From positions 4,366 to 68,365 of the forward strand of contig MWEG01000093.1 in the NCBI GenBank assembly GCA_002070945.1: DNA of 64,000 nt. The letters are read 5' to 3'. The notes beneath the pieces were generated by a model that saw only the letters and a program-made list of their open reading frames with translations, made no database searches and had not been told where the DNA came from. The stretch comes from Lentisphaerae bacterium ADurb.Bin082 (GTDB lineage: Bacteria > Verrucomicrobiota > Lentisphaeria > Oligosphaerales > Oligosphaeraceae). The position numbers were made by a program, and so were the translations under genes. Shown piece by piece: positions 49,001-58,030 of the stretch (the stretch's first letter is position 1; each line of letters starts with the position of its first letter).

Positions 49001-52000
49001 GACAAAGAAGTTCGGCATGTCGGCGCGAGTGACTGTGAGGTCAATGATGGTTGACTGGCCTTGCAGGTGGAGCACGGCGGGCGGTTGGCAGGCGCCGTTG
49101 ACCGGCCGCAGGAAGACCATGACCGTACTGTTAGGCTGGGCTGTGTTGACGGCCAGGCGCACGGTGTCCCCGGGGGCGTATTCGGGTCGATCCGGAATCA
49201 GCTCCAGGGCGTTGTAGTGGAATCCCTGTTCAACCTGCTTGCCGGTTTTGCGGACGGTGATGACAGTCGCGCCTTCGACGGCGCGGCCCTTGGCGTCGGT
49301 CACAGTCCAGGTCAGGCGGTATTGGCCTGGTTCAGCGGCATTGATAGTCATGCTAGCGGCGCCGTCTTCGTCCGGCGCCAGGAGCCATTCTTGCTCCAGT
49401 TTTTCGACCAGCTCACCTAAGGGATCGCGGTCGAGGCGGAACAGCTTGAGCGTGCCTGCGCCTTGCACTGGCGCACCGCTGAGCGTTCTGGCTTGCAGAT
49501 AGGCTTTGATCGGGTCGCCGGCATGATAGTAGCCTCGGTCAGTCCAGGCATAGACGGCAAAAGGCTGGCGAGGGACGATGACCGAGCCGGCGCCGACAAT
49601 GGTGCGGCGGGACTGGTCGCGGACTTCGGCAGTGATTTCATAGCGGTGGTCGCGGTCGCCGAACAAGGTCTTGGCGAGGCTGGTGTCGATAGTGAAGGTC
49701 ACGGCGCCGTCTTCACTGAGGGGACGGTCGATTTGCGCCACCACTTCCGGCGGTCTGGAATGGCGCGGGGGCAGCCAGTCAAAATATGGTCGGCCGTGGC
49801 CCCAGGCTGTCCAGCCCGGGTGCCAGACTGCGTCTTCGGCCAGCCAGGCGTAGCCATTGCCGTAGAACCAGTCCCAGGGTCGAATCGGCCACCAGGAATC
49901 GCTATAGTCATAGCGCAGCACCTTGATGCTGGCTTGGCCGGAAGTCACTGGGGCGCCAAAATAGTATTTGGCGCGAACCGTGACCTGCACCTGGTCGCCT
50001 AACAACGGCGGTTCTGTGGGCAAGTCCACCGAGACTTCGAACTCCGGCTTTTTGTATTCTTCCACCCGGAAACCAATCCGATGGCGGAAGTTGTGGTTGG
50101 CGCTGTCTTCAAGCAGCAGGGAATACATGCCCAGGACGGCGTTGCCGGGAATCTGCCAGTCGCCGGCGACGCCGCCGCAGCCATCGGCAGTCAGGGAAGT
50201 TTTCAGCACTTCATCGCCCTTGGGGTCAAGCAGTCGGACGGTGAGTGCGGTTCCGGCCAGTGGGTTGGGCGTGTCGCGTTCGTAGGCGACTTTGGCGATC
50301 CAGAATTTGAAGTCCACCTTTTGGCCGGGACGGTAGACAGGTCGGTCAGTGATGCCGAACGCCTTGATGTACTCCCAGTCGCTTGATGGGTCGAATTCGT
50401 CTGATTCGTCATAGCCATGACAAGTATAGGCGCCGACTGGACTGGTGGTTTCCACGAGCCATTGCAGCCTGTCCTCGCTGTCATTCGTCTTGAGCGCCTT
50501 GGTATCCAAGACAGCCAGACCATCGGCGTCAGTCTTGGCGGTCATTTCGCGGATGGTGACTTGGTTGCGCCTGGTTTTGGAGTTCCAGCGGACGTTCCAT
50601 CCGAACAGGCGCAGCTCCAGCCCGGGCACCGGTGCGCCGCTGGCAGCGTCCAGGACTTGCCAGAGATTGCCGTCTTCCAGGGGCTTGCTGACGATTTTGA
50701 CGTCTTCGACGATGAGAGGCAGGCGGCTGAGGTTGCCATCCGGCAAAGTGGCGGTGAGCAGATACGCGCCGGGTTTGACGATTGGCGTGGTGATGATCAC
50801 CTGGCGGTCGCGATGTCCGGGCAGCGGTTCGAGCGTCTCTTCCCAGGCGGCCAGCTGCTCTTTGACGTAGGCGTCGCCTTCTTTTTCTTTTAGGAGGCGA
50901 TCTAACATATAGCTGGGTTGAGTCATACGCCAGTCCAGGTGGCGTCCACCGCCTTCGCTGCGGATGTGTTTCTTGGAGGCGGCGAGCATGGCTTCCAGGT
51001 CAATGCGGTGGACGGTCAGGTTCGCTTTAGTGGCATTGCGGAACCGCAGCGTCGCGGTGGCGGGCTGCCCGGCGACCTGCGGCTTGCCGTGCAGGAATTC
51101 GCCCCAGTTGCCGGTGATGCGCCGGATTTGTCTACTAGCGTAGCAATTATCCTTGGCGCTGGCATCCCCCTCGTATTTTTCTGCTTCTTTTCGCCACCAT
51201 TCCACGGCCTTGGGATACTGGCGGCGGTTTTCATAGATAGTCGCCAGCTCTTTGGCTTGGCCCAAGAATTGCTGTGGGTATTCGGCATATAGCCTTTGGT
51301 AGATTTTGATGTAGTTGAATTCTTCCGGAAGCTGGAAGCGCCGGATGCCGCCTGCCAGTCGGGCGATGGTCTCGTCGTCGGACAGCGTTTCCACGGCCAG
51401 GATGGCGGCGAGGGAGTTATCGACGCTGTCTGCATAGAAGAAGTCTCGCAGGAGCGTCTGCACGCCGAATTGCGACCTCAGGAAGTCAGCGAATTCCAGG
51501 CGGGTTCGCAGGCGCGAGTGCGGCGCCTTGGATTGTTCCGCCAGGTGCAGCAGCCAGCGCCAGCGTTCGCCGTCGTTGCGAGCTGTGGCGTATGACTCTG
51601 GCAGGGCGTAGAAGACCGGTGAGCCGTCATCGTTAACCGGGGCGCCGTCACCTCGGGGTTCGTCGTCGTCGTCAAGTTCGGGGAGGGCAGTCAAGTCGGT
51701 AAGAATTTGCAATCGCCAAGAGTCGTTTTTGTTTGGCAGCAGCAGCTCACGAAAGGTGTGTAGGTAGCTTTTTTCCTCCTCTTCGGTCATGGCATCGCGG
51801 TCGCGGAGGAAGGCTGGCAACGCATCGGTCATCAGCTGAAGGAGTCGAGTACGGTCGCGCTGGATGCAGGAGCGGTGGTTTCGCCAATTGCCGCCGCGCT
51901 GGTCGCCGCGGCTGAATTGGCCGGCAGTGACAAAGCCCCAGGAGGGCATGCTGCGATTGGCCTCGGCAATTGCGGTGGCGACGGCCCAGTCGCCGGGATG

Positions 52001-52267
52001 TGCGGCAGCGGCCTGCTCGCGCAGGTCGTCCCATTCCGCGACCCGGTTGAGGTGTCTCAGGCATTCAGCAGCTTGGCGCAGGTCCTGGGCTGCGAGCCGG
52101 GGCGGAATGTTGGCCTGGACGGCGAGGGCCTGATAGTGCTGATACGCTTCCGCGTAGTTGGCCTGCTCGAAAATTGTTGCCGCCTGGTTGCGGTCGGCTG
52201 CCGCAGCAGCGCTGGCAAAGGCATAGATACCGCAGCAGAATAACGAGAAGGAAGTCATTTTTGACAT
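46100..52267 (-). CDS. Alpha-2-macroglobulin family protein, giant form (2055 aa) with a helical N-terminal extension and a thioester motif
   Basis: Signal peptide MSKMTSFSLFCCGIYAFASAAAAA, with AGGAGG 8 nt upstream. About 480 aa of helical, TPR-like sequence precede repeated MG-type beta-sandwich domains. The thioester-like YPYGCTEQT has its CTEQ codons at 47740-47729 (Cys at residue 1510). The C-terminal part has an alpha/alpha thioester-domain and receptor-binding-domain-like layout. Confidence 0.85.
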   Translation of the reverse strand: MSKMTSFSLFCCGIYAFASAAAAADRNQAATIFEQANYAEAYQHYQALAVQANIPPRLAAQDLRQAAECLRHLNRVAEWDDLREQAAAAHPGDWAVATAIAEANRSMPSWGFVTAGQFSRGDQRGGNWRNHRSCIQRDRTRLLQLMTDALPAFLRDRDAMTEEEEKSYLHTFRELLLPNKNDSWRLQILTDLTALPELDDDDEPRGDGAPVNDDGSPVFYALPESYATARNDGERWRWLLHLAEQSKAPHSRLRTRLEFADFLRSQFGVQTLLRDFFYADSVDNSLAAILAVETLSDDETIARLAGGIRRFQLPEEFNYIKIYQRLYAEYPQQFLGQAKELATIYENRRQYPKAVEWWRKEAEKYEGDASAKDNCYASRQIRRITGNWGEFLHGKPQVAGQPATATLRFRNATKANLTVHRIDLEAMLAASKKHIRSEGGGRHLDWRMTQPSYMLDRLLKEKEGDAYVKEQLAAWEETLEPLPGHRDRQVIITTPIVKPGAYLLTATLPDGNLSRLPLIVEDVKIVSKPLEDGNLWQVLDAASGAPVPGLELRLFGWNVRWNSKTRRNQVTIREMTAKTDADGLAVLDTKALKTNDSEDRLQWLVETTSPVGAYTCHGYDESDEFDPSSDWEYIKAFGITDRPVYRPGQKVDFKFWIAKVAYERDTPNPLAGTALTVRLLDPKGDEVLKTSLTADGCGGVAGDWQIPGNAVLGMYSLLLEDSANHNFRHRIGFRVEEYKKPEFEVSVDLPTEPPLLGDQVQVTVRAKYYFGAPVTSGQASIKVLRYDYSDSWWPIRPWDWFYGNGYAWLAEDAVWHPGWTAWGHGRPYFDWLPPRHSRPPEVVAQIDRPLSEDGAVTFTIDTSLAKTLFGDRDHRYEITAEVRDQSRRTIVGAGSVIVPRQPFAVYAWTDRGYYHAGDPIKAYLQARTLSGAPVQGAGTLKLFRLDRDPLGELVEKLEQEWLLAPDEDGAASMTINAAEPGQYRLTWTVTDAKGRAVEGATVITVRKTGKQVEQGFHYNALELIPDRPEYAPGDTVRLAVNTAQPNSTVMVFLRPVNGACQPPAVLHLQGQSTIIDLTVTRADMPNFFVEAYTIANGEMHHVIREIFVPPEKKILQVEVLPDQVRHRPGSQAEVNVKLTDAAGQPFTGNLTVAVYDASLDYIAGGDNTGDIRAAFWKWRRHHYLNGSVMDWRLDNCLRKNEEHMPVIGIFSEQTEVFATQGYRAGALRGGDVLASGAAGDMDSRPVPANSGDMYAPAPARARLSGSNLAKESAFDDGGDDAGAAPVAIRSQFADTALWIASLDTQPDGTATVTVPMPENLTTWKMRVWGVDAHTRVGMGATELITCKDLILRLQAPRFLVEKDEVVLTANVHNYLPADQTVEVKLELDGPCLEMMSSPAQTVVIAAGAEARVDWCAKTVQEGEAVIRMFALAQAESDAMEQRFPVKVHGIDKTVAATGFLRPKQTSAQVKLVIPAERRPETTRLTVRWSPSLAMAMLDAIPYLLDYPYGCTEQTLSRFLPAVLTRDTLRQLDLNLSDLQKQRANLNAQELGDPDTRRQQWKRMDRDPVFDEDEMDKMTATGVRDLCAMQCVDGGWGWFSGWGERSWPHTTAQVVHGFLLAKATGVDIPADALQRGIAWLQNHQAEELRRLQLPKDHRDHKTCADNIDAFVFRVLAETPEPGKSQSAMADLLYRDKSHLSQYGLALFGLGLSADPAERRTADILRNLKQFLVIDDENQTAWLNLGNSSFWWFWYGDEIETHAAFLRLLVALEPDSDLAPRLVKYLLNNRKHATYWRSTRDTAACLEAFADFIAKTGEQTPDLTVDISLDGKPLTTSRITRDNLFTANLTLDLAGEDLATGEHTLLIRKTGDGPLYFNTYLSYFTTEDMIRKTGLELKIDRQVYQLFRDDGIAQTPSALGQVVSKRVEKYRRVPVASDAPVQSGDLLEIELTVESKNDYEYILLEDFKPAGCEPVDLRSGYNGNAFGAYVEFRDDRTAFLLRALPRGRRSATYRVRAEIPGRFSALPTIITGMYAPELRANADEIKIVILDEQQVPK

Positions 52268-52330
52268 GGCGCAGTCCTCCTGTAGGTAAGAGTTGTGGCC
52301 GATGCTCAGGCAGGGGCCGGGGCAGGCGGT

Positions 52331-53167
52331 TCAGGGTTGGCGGAGGGTTTTGAGCAGGGCGATTTCCTCGCCGTAGCCGTCGAGTTCATTGGGGGTTTCG
52401 AGGTAGAACGGCAGGTGTTTGAGGGCAGGGTGGTTGATGATGCGGGTCAGGGCTTCAACGCCGATTTCGCCTTTGCCGATTTTGGCGTGGCGGTCTTTGC
52501 GGGCGCCAGTGGGGTTCAGGCTGTCATTGAGATGGATGGCTTTCAGGTGCTGGAGGCCGATGTCGCGGTCAAACTCAGCGAGTACGCCGTCCAGATCATT
52601 GATTACGTCATAGCCAGCGTCGCTGATATGGCAGGAGTCCAGGCAGACGCCGATTTTTTCCGGCAAGGCGATTTTGTCCATGATGCGTCGCAGTTCAGTG
52701 AACGTGGCGCCGACTTCGGAGCCTTTGCCGGCCATGGTTTCAAGCAGGACGGTGGTGGTCTGCTTGGGGCTGAGAATGTCGTTGAGCATGTCGGCAATCA
52801 TGTCGATGCCAGCGTCAACACCTTGGCCGACATGGCTGCCGGGATGGAAATTGTAGAGGTTTCCCGGGACGTGTTCCATGCGCAGCAGGTCGTCGGTCAT
52901 GACTTCGTGCGCAAAGCGCCTAGTGGAGGGATTGTTTGAGCAAGGATTGAGGGTATAGGGCGCATGCGCGAGCAAAGGCCCGAACTGGTGCTTTTCGGCC
53001 AGTTCCAGGAAGGTCTTGACGTCGTCCGGGTCAATGTCCTTGGCTTTGCCGCCGCGGGGATTGCGGGTGAAGAACTGGAACACGTTGGCGCCAATGGAGA
53101 TGGCGTCATGGGCCATGGGCGTGAAACCCTTGGCTGCGGAAAGGTGACAGCCGATGAGGAAGGACAT
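52331..53167 (-). CDS. nfo: Endonuclease IV (AP endonuclease, deoxyribonuclease IV)
   Basis: ORF 52331..53236 trimmed to ATG 53167 ([15 protein letters not shown], which aligns with the E. coli Nfo N-terminus). Motifs [26 protein letters not shown] and HLNDS. Confidence 0.88.
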   Translation of the reverse strand: MSFLIGCHLSAAKGFTPMAHDAISIGANVFQFFTRNPRGGKAKDIDPDDVKTFLELAEKHQFGPLLAHAPYTLNPCSNNPSTRRFAHEVMTDDLLRMEHVPGNLYNFHPGSHVGQGVDAGIDMIADMLNDILSPKQTTTVLLETMAGKGSEVGATFTELRRIMDKIALPEKIGVCLDSCHISDAGYDVINDLDGVLAEFDRDIGLQHLKAIHLNDSLNPTGARKDRHAKIGKGEIGVEALTRIINHPALKHLPFYLETPNELDGYGEEIALLKTLRQP

Positions 53168-53460
53168 GGGGATGCTTGGGGTTCGGGGTGAATATGCGTG
53201 TGCGGGGTTCTGGTCGCTACTGGATTGGACCGGCACCTGGCCAGTCCATGCATAACATAGCCCGTTGCCGAAAAGATTTCATCCAGCTGGTCAAGGCTAT
53301 TTTTGGATTTAGACCATTGCTCTTGCTTCAAGTTGTGATTTGGTAAGAAAAAAGTCTGTCAGCAGTTGCGGAATTATTGTTTAACGGTATTTTTAGTTCA
53401 GGGGATGTTTTGAGGGGTGGAGTATGACACCAGGAACGCACCATCAAAAGGAACCGTACC

Positions 53461-54444
53461 ATGTTGACTAGCGCTAAGGTAAAAAGCCACGCTCTCCATT
53501 CGGGCGCCGACCTGGTGGGCATTGCCTCGCCAGACCGGTTTGCCGAATTGCCGGCTCGTTTCAATCCGCTGTCGGCCTTTCCTGAGGCCAAATCCGTGGT
53601 GGTGCTGGGCTTCCGGCTGTTCCGCGGCTTGTACCGCGGCATCCAGGCCGGTACCTTCTATACGATGTTCAGCATGATGGGCTATGCTGGCAACAAGTGG
53701 GTCTTCCAACCCGTGACCCTGTGGAAATTCTGCAACCTGTTCGAGGATGCAGGCTACGAAGCGTCCCCAATTCCAGACAATTTCCCCTGGAGCAACATTG
53801 ACGGCGTTGACGCGGACGAGATGGGGCAGGGCTTCATTGACGCCAACCCGGCCTTTTACGGCAAGGACAGCTCCAACTACAGCCGCCCAGTGGCGGACGA
53901 CCGCCCAGCGCCTGACATTTATTTCCAGATGCGACTGGCAGCGTATTGCGCCGGCCTGGGCGAAATCGGCGACAGCGGCGTGTTCCTGACGCCAGAGTAC
54001 GGCCCGCGCCAGATGTTCGCGGTGGTGCTGACCGACGCCGAACTCGACCCAGACCCGATTTTCCCCGGCGGCTTGTGCGACCACTGCGGCAAGTGCATTG
54101 AGCAATGCCCGGGCTGCGCGATTTCCCCGACTGAGAAGACGACGGTGCGAATCGCTGGCCGCGAGCTGAGCTGGAACGCGCTGGATTTTGAGAAATGCAG
54201 CGTGGCCTTCCACGGCGGCGGTGAGAAAGCCTGCAACCCGTTCATGGTTTCACCGCAGGATGAGGAGGGCTTCAACCAGCAGCCCTACACGGCGGCGCGA
54301 GCGTACAAGCTGGGGCCAGTGCTGTGGACCGGAAGAGCTATCGGCGGCATGCGCGGGTGTCATATCGCCTGCATGGCGCACCTGGAAGAACGCGGAGTGT
54401 TGAAAAATAAATTCAAAAGACACTTTGGAGACTGCTCATGCTAA
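53461..54444 (+). CDS. RDH/QueG-superfamily-like iron-sulfur protein, paralog 1 (327 aa)
   Basis: The N-terminus MLTSAKVKSHALHSGADLVGIASPDRF and the core GLGEIGDSGVFLTPEYGPRQ resemble epoxyqueuosine-reductase / reductive-dehalogenase-like proteins. Ferredoxin motif CDHCGKCIEQCPGCAI, plus distal Cys residues (FEKCS, KACNPF, GCHIACM). No signal or TAT peptide. Confidence 0.65.
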   Translation: MLTSAKVKSHALHSGADLVGIASPDRFAELPARFNPLSAFPEAKSVVVLGFRLFRGLYRGIQAGTFYTMFSMMGYAGNKWVFQPVTLWKFCNLFEDAGYEASPIPDNFPWSNIDGVDADEMGQGFIDANPAFYGKDSSNYSRPVADDRPAPDIYFQMRLAAYCAGLGEIGDSGVFLTPEYGPRQMFAVVLTDAELDPDPIFPGGLCDHCGKCIEQCPGCAISPTEKTTVRIAGRELSWNALDFEKCSVAFHGGGEKACNPFMVSPQDEEGFNQQPYTAARAYKLGPVLWTGRAIGGMRGCHIACMAHLEERGVLKNKFKRHFGDCSC

Positions 54445-55427
54445 GCGCGAAAATTCTCAAGCAGCGCGCCTTGGAGGCCGGCGCTGACATCGTGGCGGTC
54501 GGTCCGGTGAGCCGTTACGAAGGTGCTCCCAAGCAGCTTGACGCCCGGTGGGCGCTGCCGGGCTGCAAGTCTATAATTGCCTTGGGCTTCCGTCACCTGC
54601 GGGGTGTTTTCCGCGGGATTGAAGAGGGGACGTTCTACACGAATTATTCCGGGGTGGGCTACGCCAGCATTAACTGCATTCGGCAGCCTCTGGTTCTGCG
54701 AGAATTGTGCCGCTGGATTGAGGACGAGGGCTATGACGCCATGCCGATTCCGAATCATTTCGCCTGGGGCGCGACGAACATGAGCGGCCAGGTTCCGGGT
54801 GCGGAAACCAAGCCGAGCGAGACCCTCAGCCGTCCGCTCAAGGAAGGCAACCCCTATCCCAACCTGTCGATTCACGTGCGCTTGGGCGCCGTGATTGCTG
54901 GCTTAGGCGAAATCGGCTGGAGCAAGATGTTCCTGTCCAAGGAGTTCGGCCCTCGCCAGCGCCTGGCGCTGCTGCTGACTGATGCCGAATTCGAGTATGA
55001 CCCGGTCGTCAAGCCAGGCACGATTTGCGACCGTTGCAAGCAGTGTGTCAAAGCCTGCACCGGCGGCGCCATCCCGGCGAAGAACGAGGACTGCGTGCGC
55101 GTCGTCATCGACGGAAACGTGATCGAATGGGCGAACATCGATTATACGAAATGCAGCCGGTATTTTTGCGGCGCTTCGCCTGAGCACAATCCCTTCTGCG
55201 TCACTGAGGCTGATCGGGAGGGCTTTGCGGCGCCGGTCGGGAAATCCCAGGAGTACAAGCTGCCGCCCCAGTATTTTTATGCTCGTGCCTTGGAAGGCGC
55301 AGCAGGCTGTGTCCGCGCCTGCATGATGCACCTGGAGAAAACTGGCCGCATCACCAATACCTTTGAAAATCCGTTCCGTCGGAAGCCAGCCTGGAAAATG
55401 GCGACTAACAGCGGCGACGGGGAGTAG
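54438..55427 (+). CDS. RDH/QueG-superfamily-like iron-sulfur protein, paralog 2 (329 aa)
   Basis: Colinear with paralog 1 (MLSAKILKQRALEAGADIVAVGPVSRY; GLGEIGWSKMFLSKEFGPRQ; CDRCKQCVKACTGGAI; GCVRACM). Its ATG overlaps the upstream stop as ATGCTAA (54438-54444). Confidence 0.65.
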   Translation: MLSAKILKQRALEAGADIVAVGPVSRYEGAPKQLDARWALPGCKSIIALGFRHLRGVFRGIEEGTFYTNYSGVGYASINCIRQPLVLRELCRWIEDEGYDAMPIPNHFAWGATNMSGQVPGAETKPSETLSRPLKEGNPYPNLSIHVRLGAVIAGLGEIGWSKMFLSKEFGPRQRLALLLTDAEFEYDPVVKPGTICDRCKQCVKACTGGAIPAKNEDCVRVVIDGNVIEWANIDYTKCSRYFCGASPEHNPFCVTEADREGFAAPVGKSQEYKLPPQYFYARALEGAAGCVRACMMHLEKTGRITNTFENPFRRKPAWKMATNSGDGE

Positions 55428-55460
55428 AACCCAGCCGAAAAGCGTAGCTGGATTTTGCGC

Positions 55461-55495
55461 GGGGGAGGAAAGGGCTGCGAACCTTTTCCTCCCCC
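55461..55495. terminator. Hairpin between the convergent Fe-S gene pair and the GH89 gene
   Basis: 11-bp stem GGGGGAGGAAA (55461-55471) / TTTCCTCCCCC (55485-55495) with a 13-nt loop. Confidence 0.45.
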
Positions 55496-55564
55496 ACGTG
55501 TTTCCTGTCTATCCTTCTTTGCCCCAGCTTGTCGCTGTTGTCGCTGCTTGGCTTTTGCCCGTTT

Positions 55565-57874
55565 TCAGGCCAGGATAGTTTCTCCGAGTCGGGCGGTTTG
55601 CCGCAGGGTGTCAGCCAGCTTGGCGCGTGCAGCCTGGTGGTTCGGCGCCATGTCTGTCAATGGCGTGTCATAGAATCGGTCAATAACGGCCTGGCGGGCG
55701 GTTTTCAGCCTGTCAGGCGGATTGATCCAGAGGCTGCGGTTGTTCTCGTTCAGGCGTTCTTCAATCCATTCTTCGACCAGTTGGTATTCTGGCAGATACA
55801 CATTGAAGAGCATTTCGGTGATGGCGGTCCGGCAGTACCCATTTTCAGCATTGCCTTTGAGCGTTTTTTCGAAGTCCGGGTAGCATTCGTGCTTAGCTTG
55901 CAGGTTCAGCAGAGAGACGTGCAAGGAGAATTCCGGGCTGGCAGCCAGGATATTGCCGAAGCAGTTCATCAGCTTGCGTATAGTGGTGGTCGCGAAGCGC
56001 ACTTCTTCCTGGTTGTTGTGGCCGTGATGCCAGGCGTCCAGATCGCCGATCAGCCGCGTGTAGGCGAAGAGCAGTATGCGGCCAGCGGCGGTGCGGGCCA
56101 GATCAATCACGTCGCGGATGAGCAGCGGCGATTCCTGCTCCAGGCGGATGTCGGCCAGACGGCGGAGGAGCGCTGGCGCGGCTGGGATGAGGCTAGCCAG
56201 ACGCTCGCGGTAGAAGGCCGCGCGCTGCAAGTTGACGGCGGACAGCTGGGTCAGGTACTGGAAGGGCATGGCGTAGAAGTCGTGGTGCAGGCGCTGGAAG
56301 GGCAGCAGGCGGGGGGCGTTCCAGTGCCGCACCTTGATCAGCGGCAACATGTCGGTCCAGATGCTGGTCATGGCTGCGGCTTGCGGCCCCTGGTAGCGCT
56401 GACGGCAGAAGGTCTTGATGAATGTTTCGATATGGACGTTTTCAGGACTGGGATTCCAGGCGTTGGCAGCGAGGAATTCCAGCATGAGAGTGTCGGAATG
56501 GGAACATTCGGGCCAGAGGACCATGCCTTTGCATAATGGGTCGCGGGCGGCGATGGGCAGGCGGCGGGCAATGGCGTCGTAGTTGCCGCGGATGTCGTTT
56601 TCGTCTTCAAAGGCGTGGAAGATGCCGTAAATCCAGGGGAAGTTCCCGACCAGGTCCCAATTCTGGAAGGTGCGCAATTCGTCATCAGTGTCTGAGGTAT
56701 AGTCGAAGATGAGGGTATTGGCCGGGTCGAGTTCAGCCACCAGCGAGCGCACTTCTTCGGGTGTCCAGTACATGCAGAAGTCCCATGAGCCGATGAGGAG
56801 CGGGGCATGGGGGTATTTTTGCCGGAGTCGACTGATGATGCGGCGGTAGGTGTAGAGCTTCATCTGGTGATTGGCTTCGCGGTCGTCGTAGCAGCGCCGT
56901 TCGGCCAGGCCGATGGTGTGGAACAGGTCAGGTGCGCCGTATTCGCGGATGTGCGTTTCGGTCAGATGGAAGTAGTCGTCGAGAAACTTGTCTTGGCGGA
57001 TGTCCCAGACCAGGCCAGTCGGGTCGCCGTAGCCGGAAGTCGCCTGGGGCATGAAGTCTGGCTTGACCTTTTCCAGGTACTGGTGCGGCGTACGGCTGTA
57101 CCAGTGGGTCATGGTGCCGAGGTCTTCGGGATGGAGCAGGTCGCGTTCGCGGGCGTAGGCGAGCAGTTCACGGCGCAGCCGGCCGCGGCGCTGCAAAGAC
57201 CAGAACAGGTTGCGGTCGTCATACGAGCGCGGAGTGGACTCGGGCACAATGCCTTCCTCCGGATAGGAGACGATGTCTGGGAACGCTTTTTGGAAGAGGT
57301 CATCCAGGCCGATGCGCAGCATGAACAGGTTGAAGCGTTTTTTGAGCATCCAGTCGATTTCGCGCTTCCATTCCTGGAGGTTCCAGTGTTCGGCCTGGAA
57401 GCGGGTCAGGCTGCGGTGGGCGAAGTAACGCAGGCCGCGGTATTCGAAGCGTGGGCTTTCCGTGACTTGGAGGCCGGTCAGGTCAATGGAGTCCTGGCGC
57501 GGGATGATGTCGCCATCCCAGAAATAGCGGCAGTCAGCGCGCAGTTCGAAGAAGTGGTAGACGGCGTAGAGCAGGGCGCGGGGACGGCCAGCGGCGAGGA
57601 AGAGCAATTCCCGGCCGTCCGAGTCAGTGGCTGAGGCGATTTGGTAGTCGTCCGTACCGGTGCGGAGATTGAATTGGGGGATGACTTTAGCCACGATTTT
57701 GGCATGGGTGAAGGCATTGACTGCGTCGCTGCCGAGGACAATCAGGGTGCCGTCTTCAGGCGGGGTGAGCATAATTGCGAGGTTTTCGCCAGTGACTTGG
57801 CACCAGAGGTCGCAGAACGTCTCGGCTGCCAGGCGGCATGCAGGCTGTTGGTCGGGAATGAGGATGGCTGTCAT
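55565..57874 (-). CDS. Alpha-N-acetylglucosaminidase-like protein (GH89/NAGLU family), no signal peptide
   Basis: ORF 55565..58099 trimmed to ATG 57874 (AGGAG 6 nt upstream; MTAILIPDQQ). RYFAHRSLTRFQAEHWNLQEWKREIDWMLKKRFNLFML parallels the NAGLU segment W..W.REIDWMAL.GINL. FHTIGLAERR and PWIYGIFHAFEDEN parallel the NAGLU catalytic-strand regions. The protein is divergent and the family call comes from recall only. Confidence 0.7.
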   Translation of the reverse strand: MTAILIPDQQPACRLAAETFCDLWCQVTGENLAIMLTPPEDGTLIVLGSDAVNAFTHAKIVAKVIPQFNLRTGTDDYQIASATDSDGRELLFLAAGRPRALLYAVYHFFELRADCRYFWDGDIIPRQDSIDLTGLQVTESPRFEYRGLRYFAHRSLTRFQAEHWNLQEWKREIDWMLKKRFNLFMLRIGLDDLFQKAFPDIVSYPEEGIVPESTPRSYDDRNLFWSLQRRGRLRRELLAYARERDLLHPEDLGTMTHWYSRTPHQYLEKVKPDFMPQATSGYGDPTGLVWDIRQDKFLDDYFHLTETHIREYGAPDLFHTIGLAERRCYDDREANHQMKLYTYRRIISRLRQKYPHAPLLIGSWDFCMYWTPEEVRSLVAELDPANTLIFDYTSDTDDELRTFQNWDLVGNFPWIYGIFHAFEDENDIRGNYDAIARRLPIAARDPLCKGMVLWPECSHSDTLMLEFLAANAWNPSPENVHIETFIKTFCRQRYQGPQAAAMTSIWTDMLPLIKVRHWNAPRLLPFQRLHHDFYAMPFQYLTQLSAVNLQRAAFYRERLASLIPAAPALLRRLADIRLEQESPLLIRDVIDLARTAAGRILLFAYTRLIGDLDAWHHGHNNQEEVRFATTTIRKLMNCFGNILAASPEFSLHVSLLNLQAKHECYPDFEKTLKGNAENGYCRTAITEMLFNVYLPEYQLVEEWIEERLNENNRSLWINPPDRLKTARQAVIDRFYDTPLTDMAPNHQAARAKLADTLRQTARLGETILA

Positions 57875-58030
57875 CGCGTGCTCCTGTATAGTGGGAATAT
57901 GGAAAATAGAGGATGGAATGGGGATAAGAACCTCGTGTACTGTAACTGTGTTTTTACCGTTTTCATCTTGCCGCAGCAAAATCAAGTCAGGTAAAAAGGC
58001 TATTGTCAGCGGCTGGGCAAGTAAGTGATT

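Noticed and set aside
53168-53460. Cobalamin or preQ1 riboswitch upstream of the RDH/QueG-like gene pair
   Set aside because: There is no B12-box (GCCACTG-like) and no preQ1-type short hairpin with an A-rich tail in the 290-nt divergent spacer.
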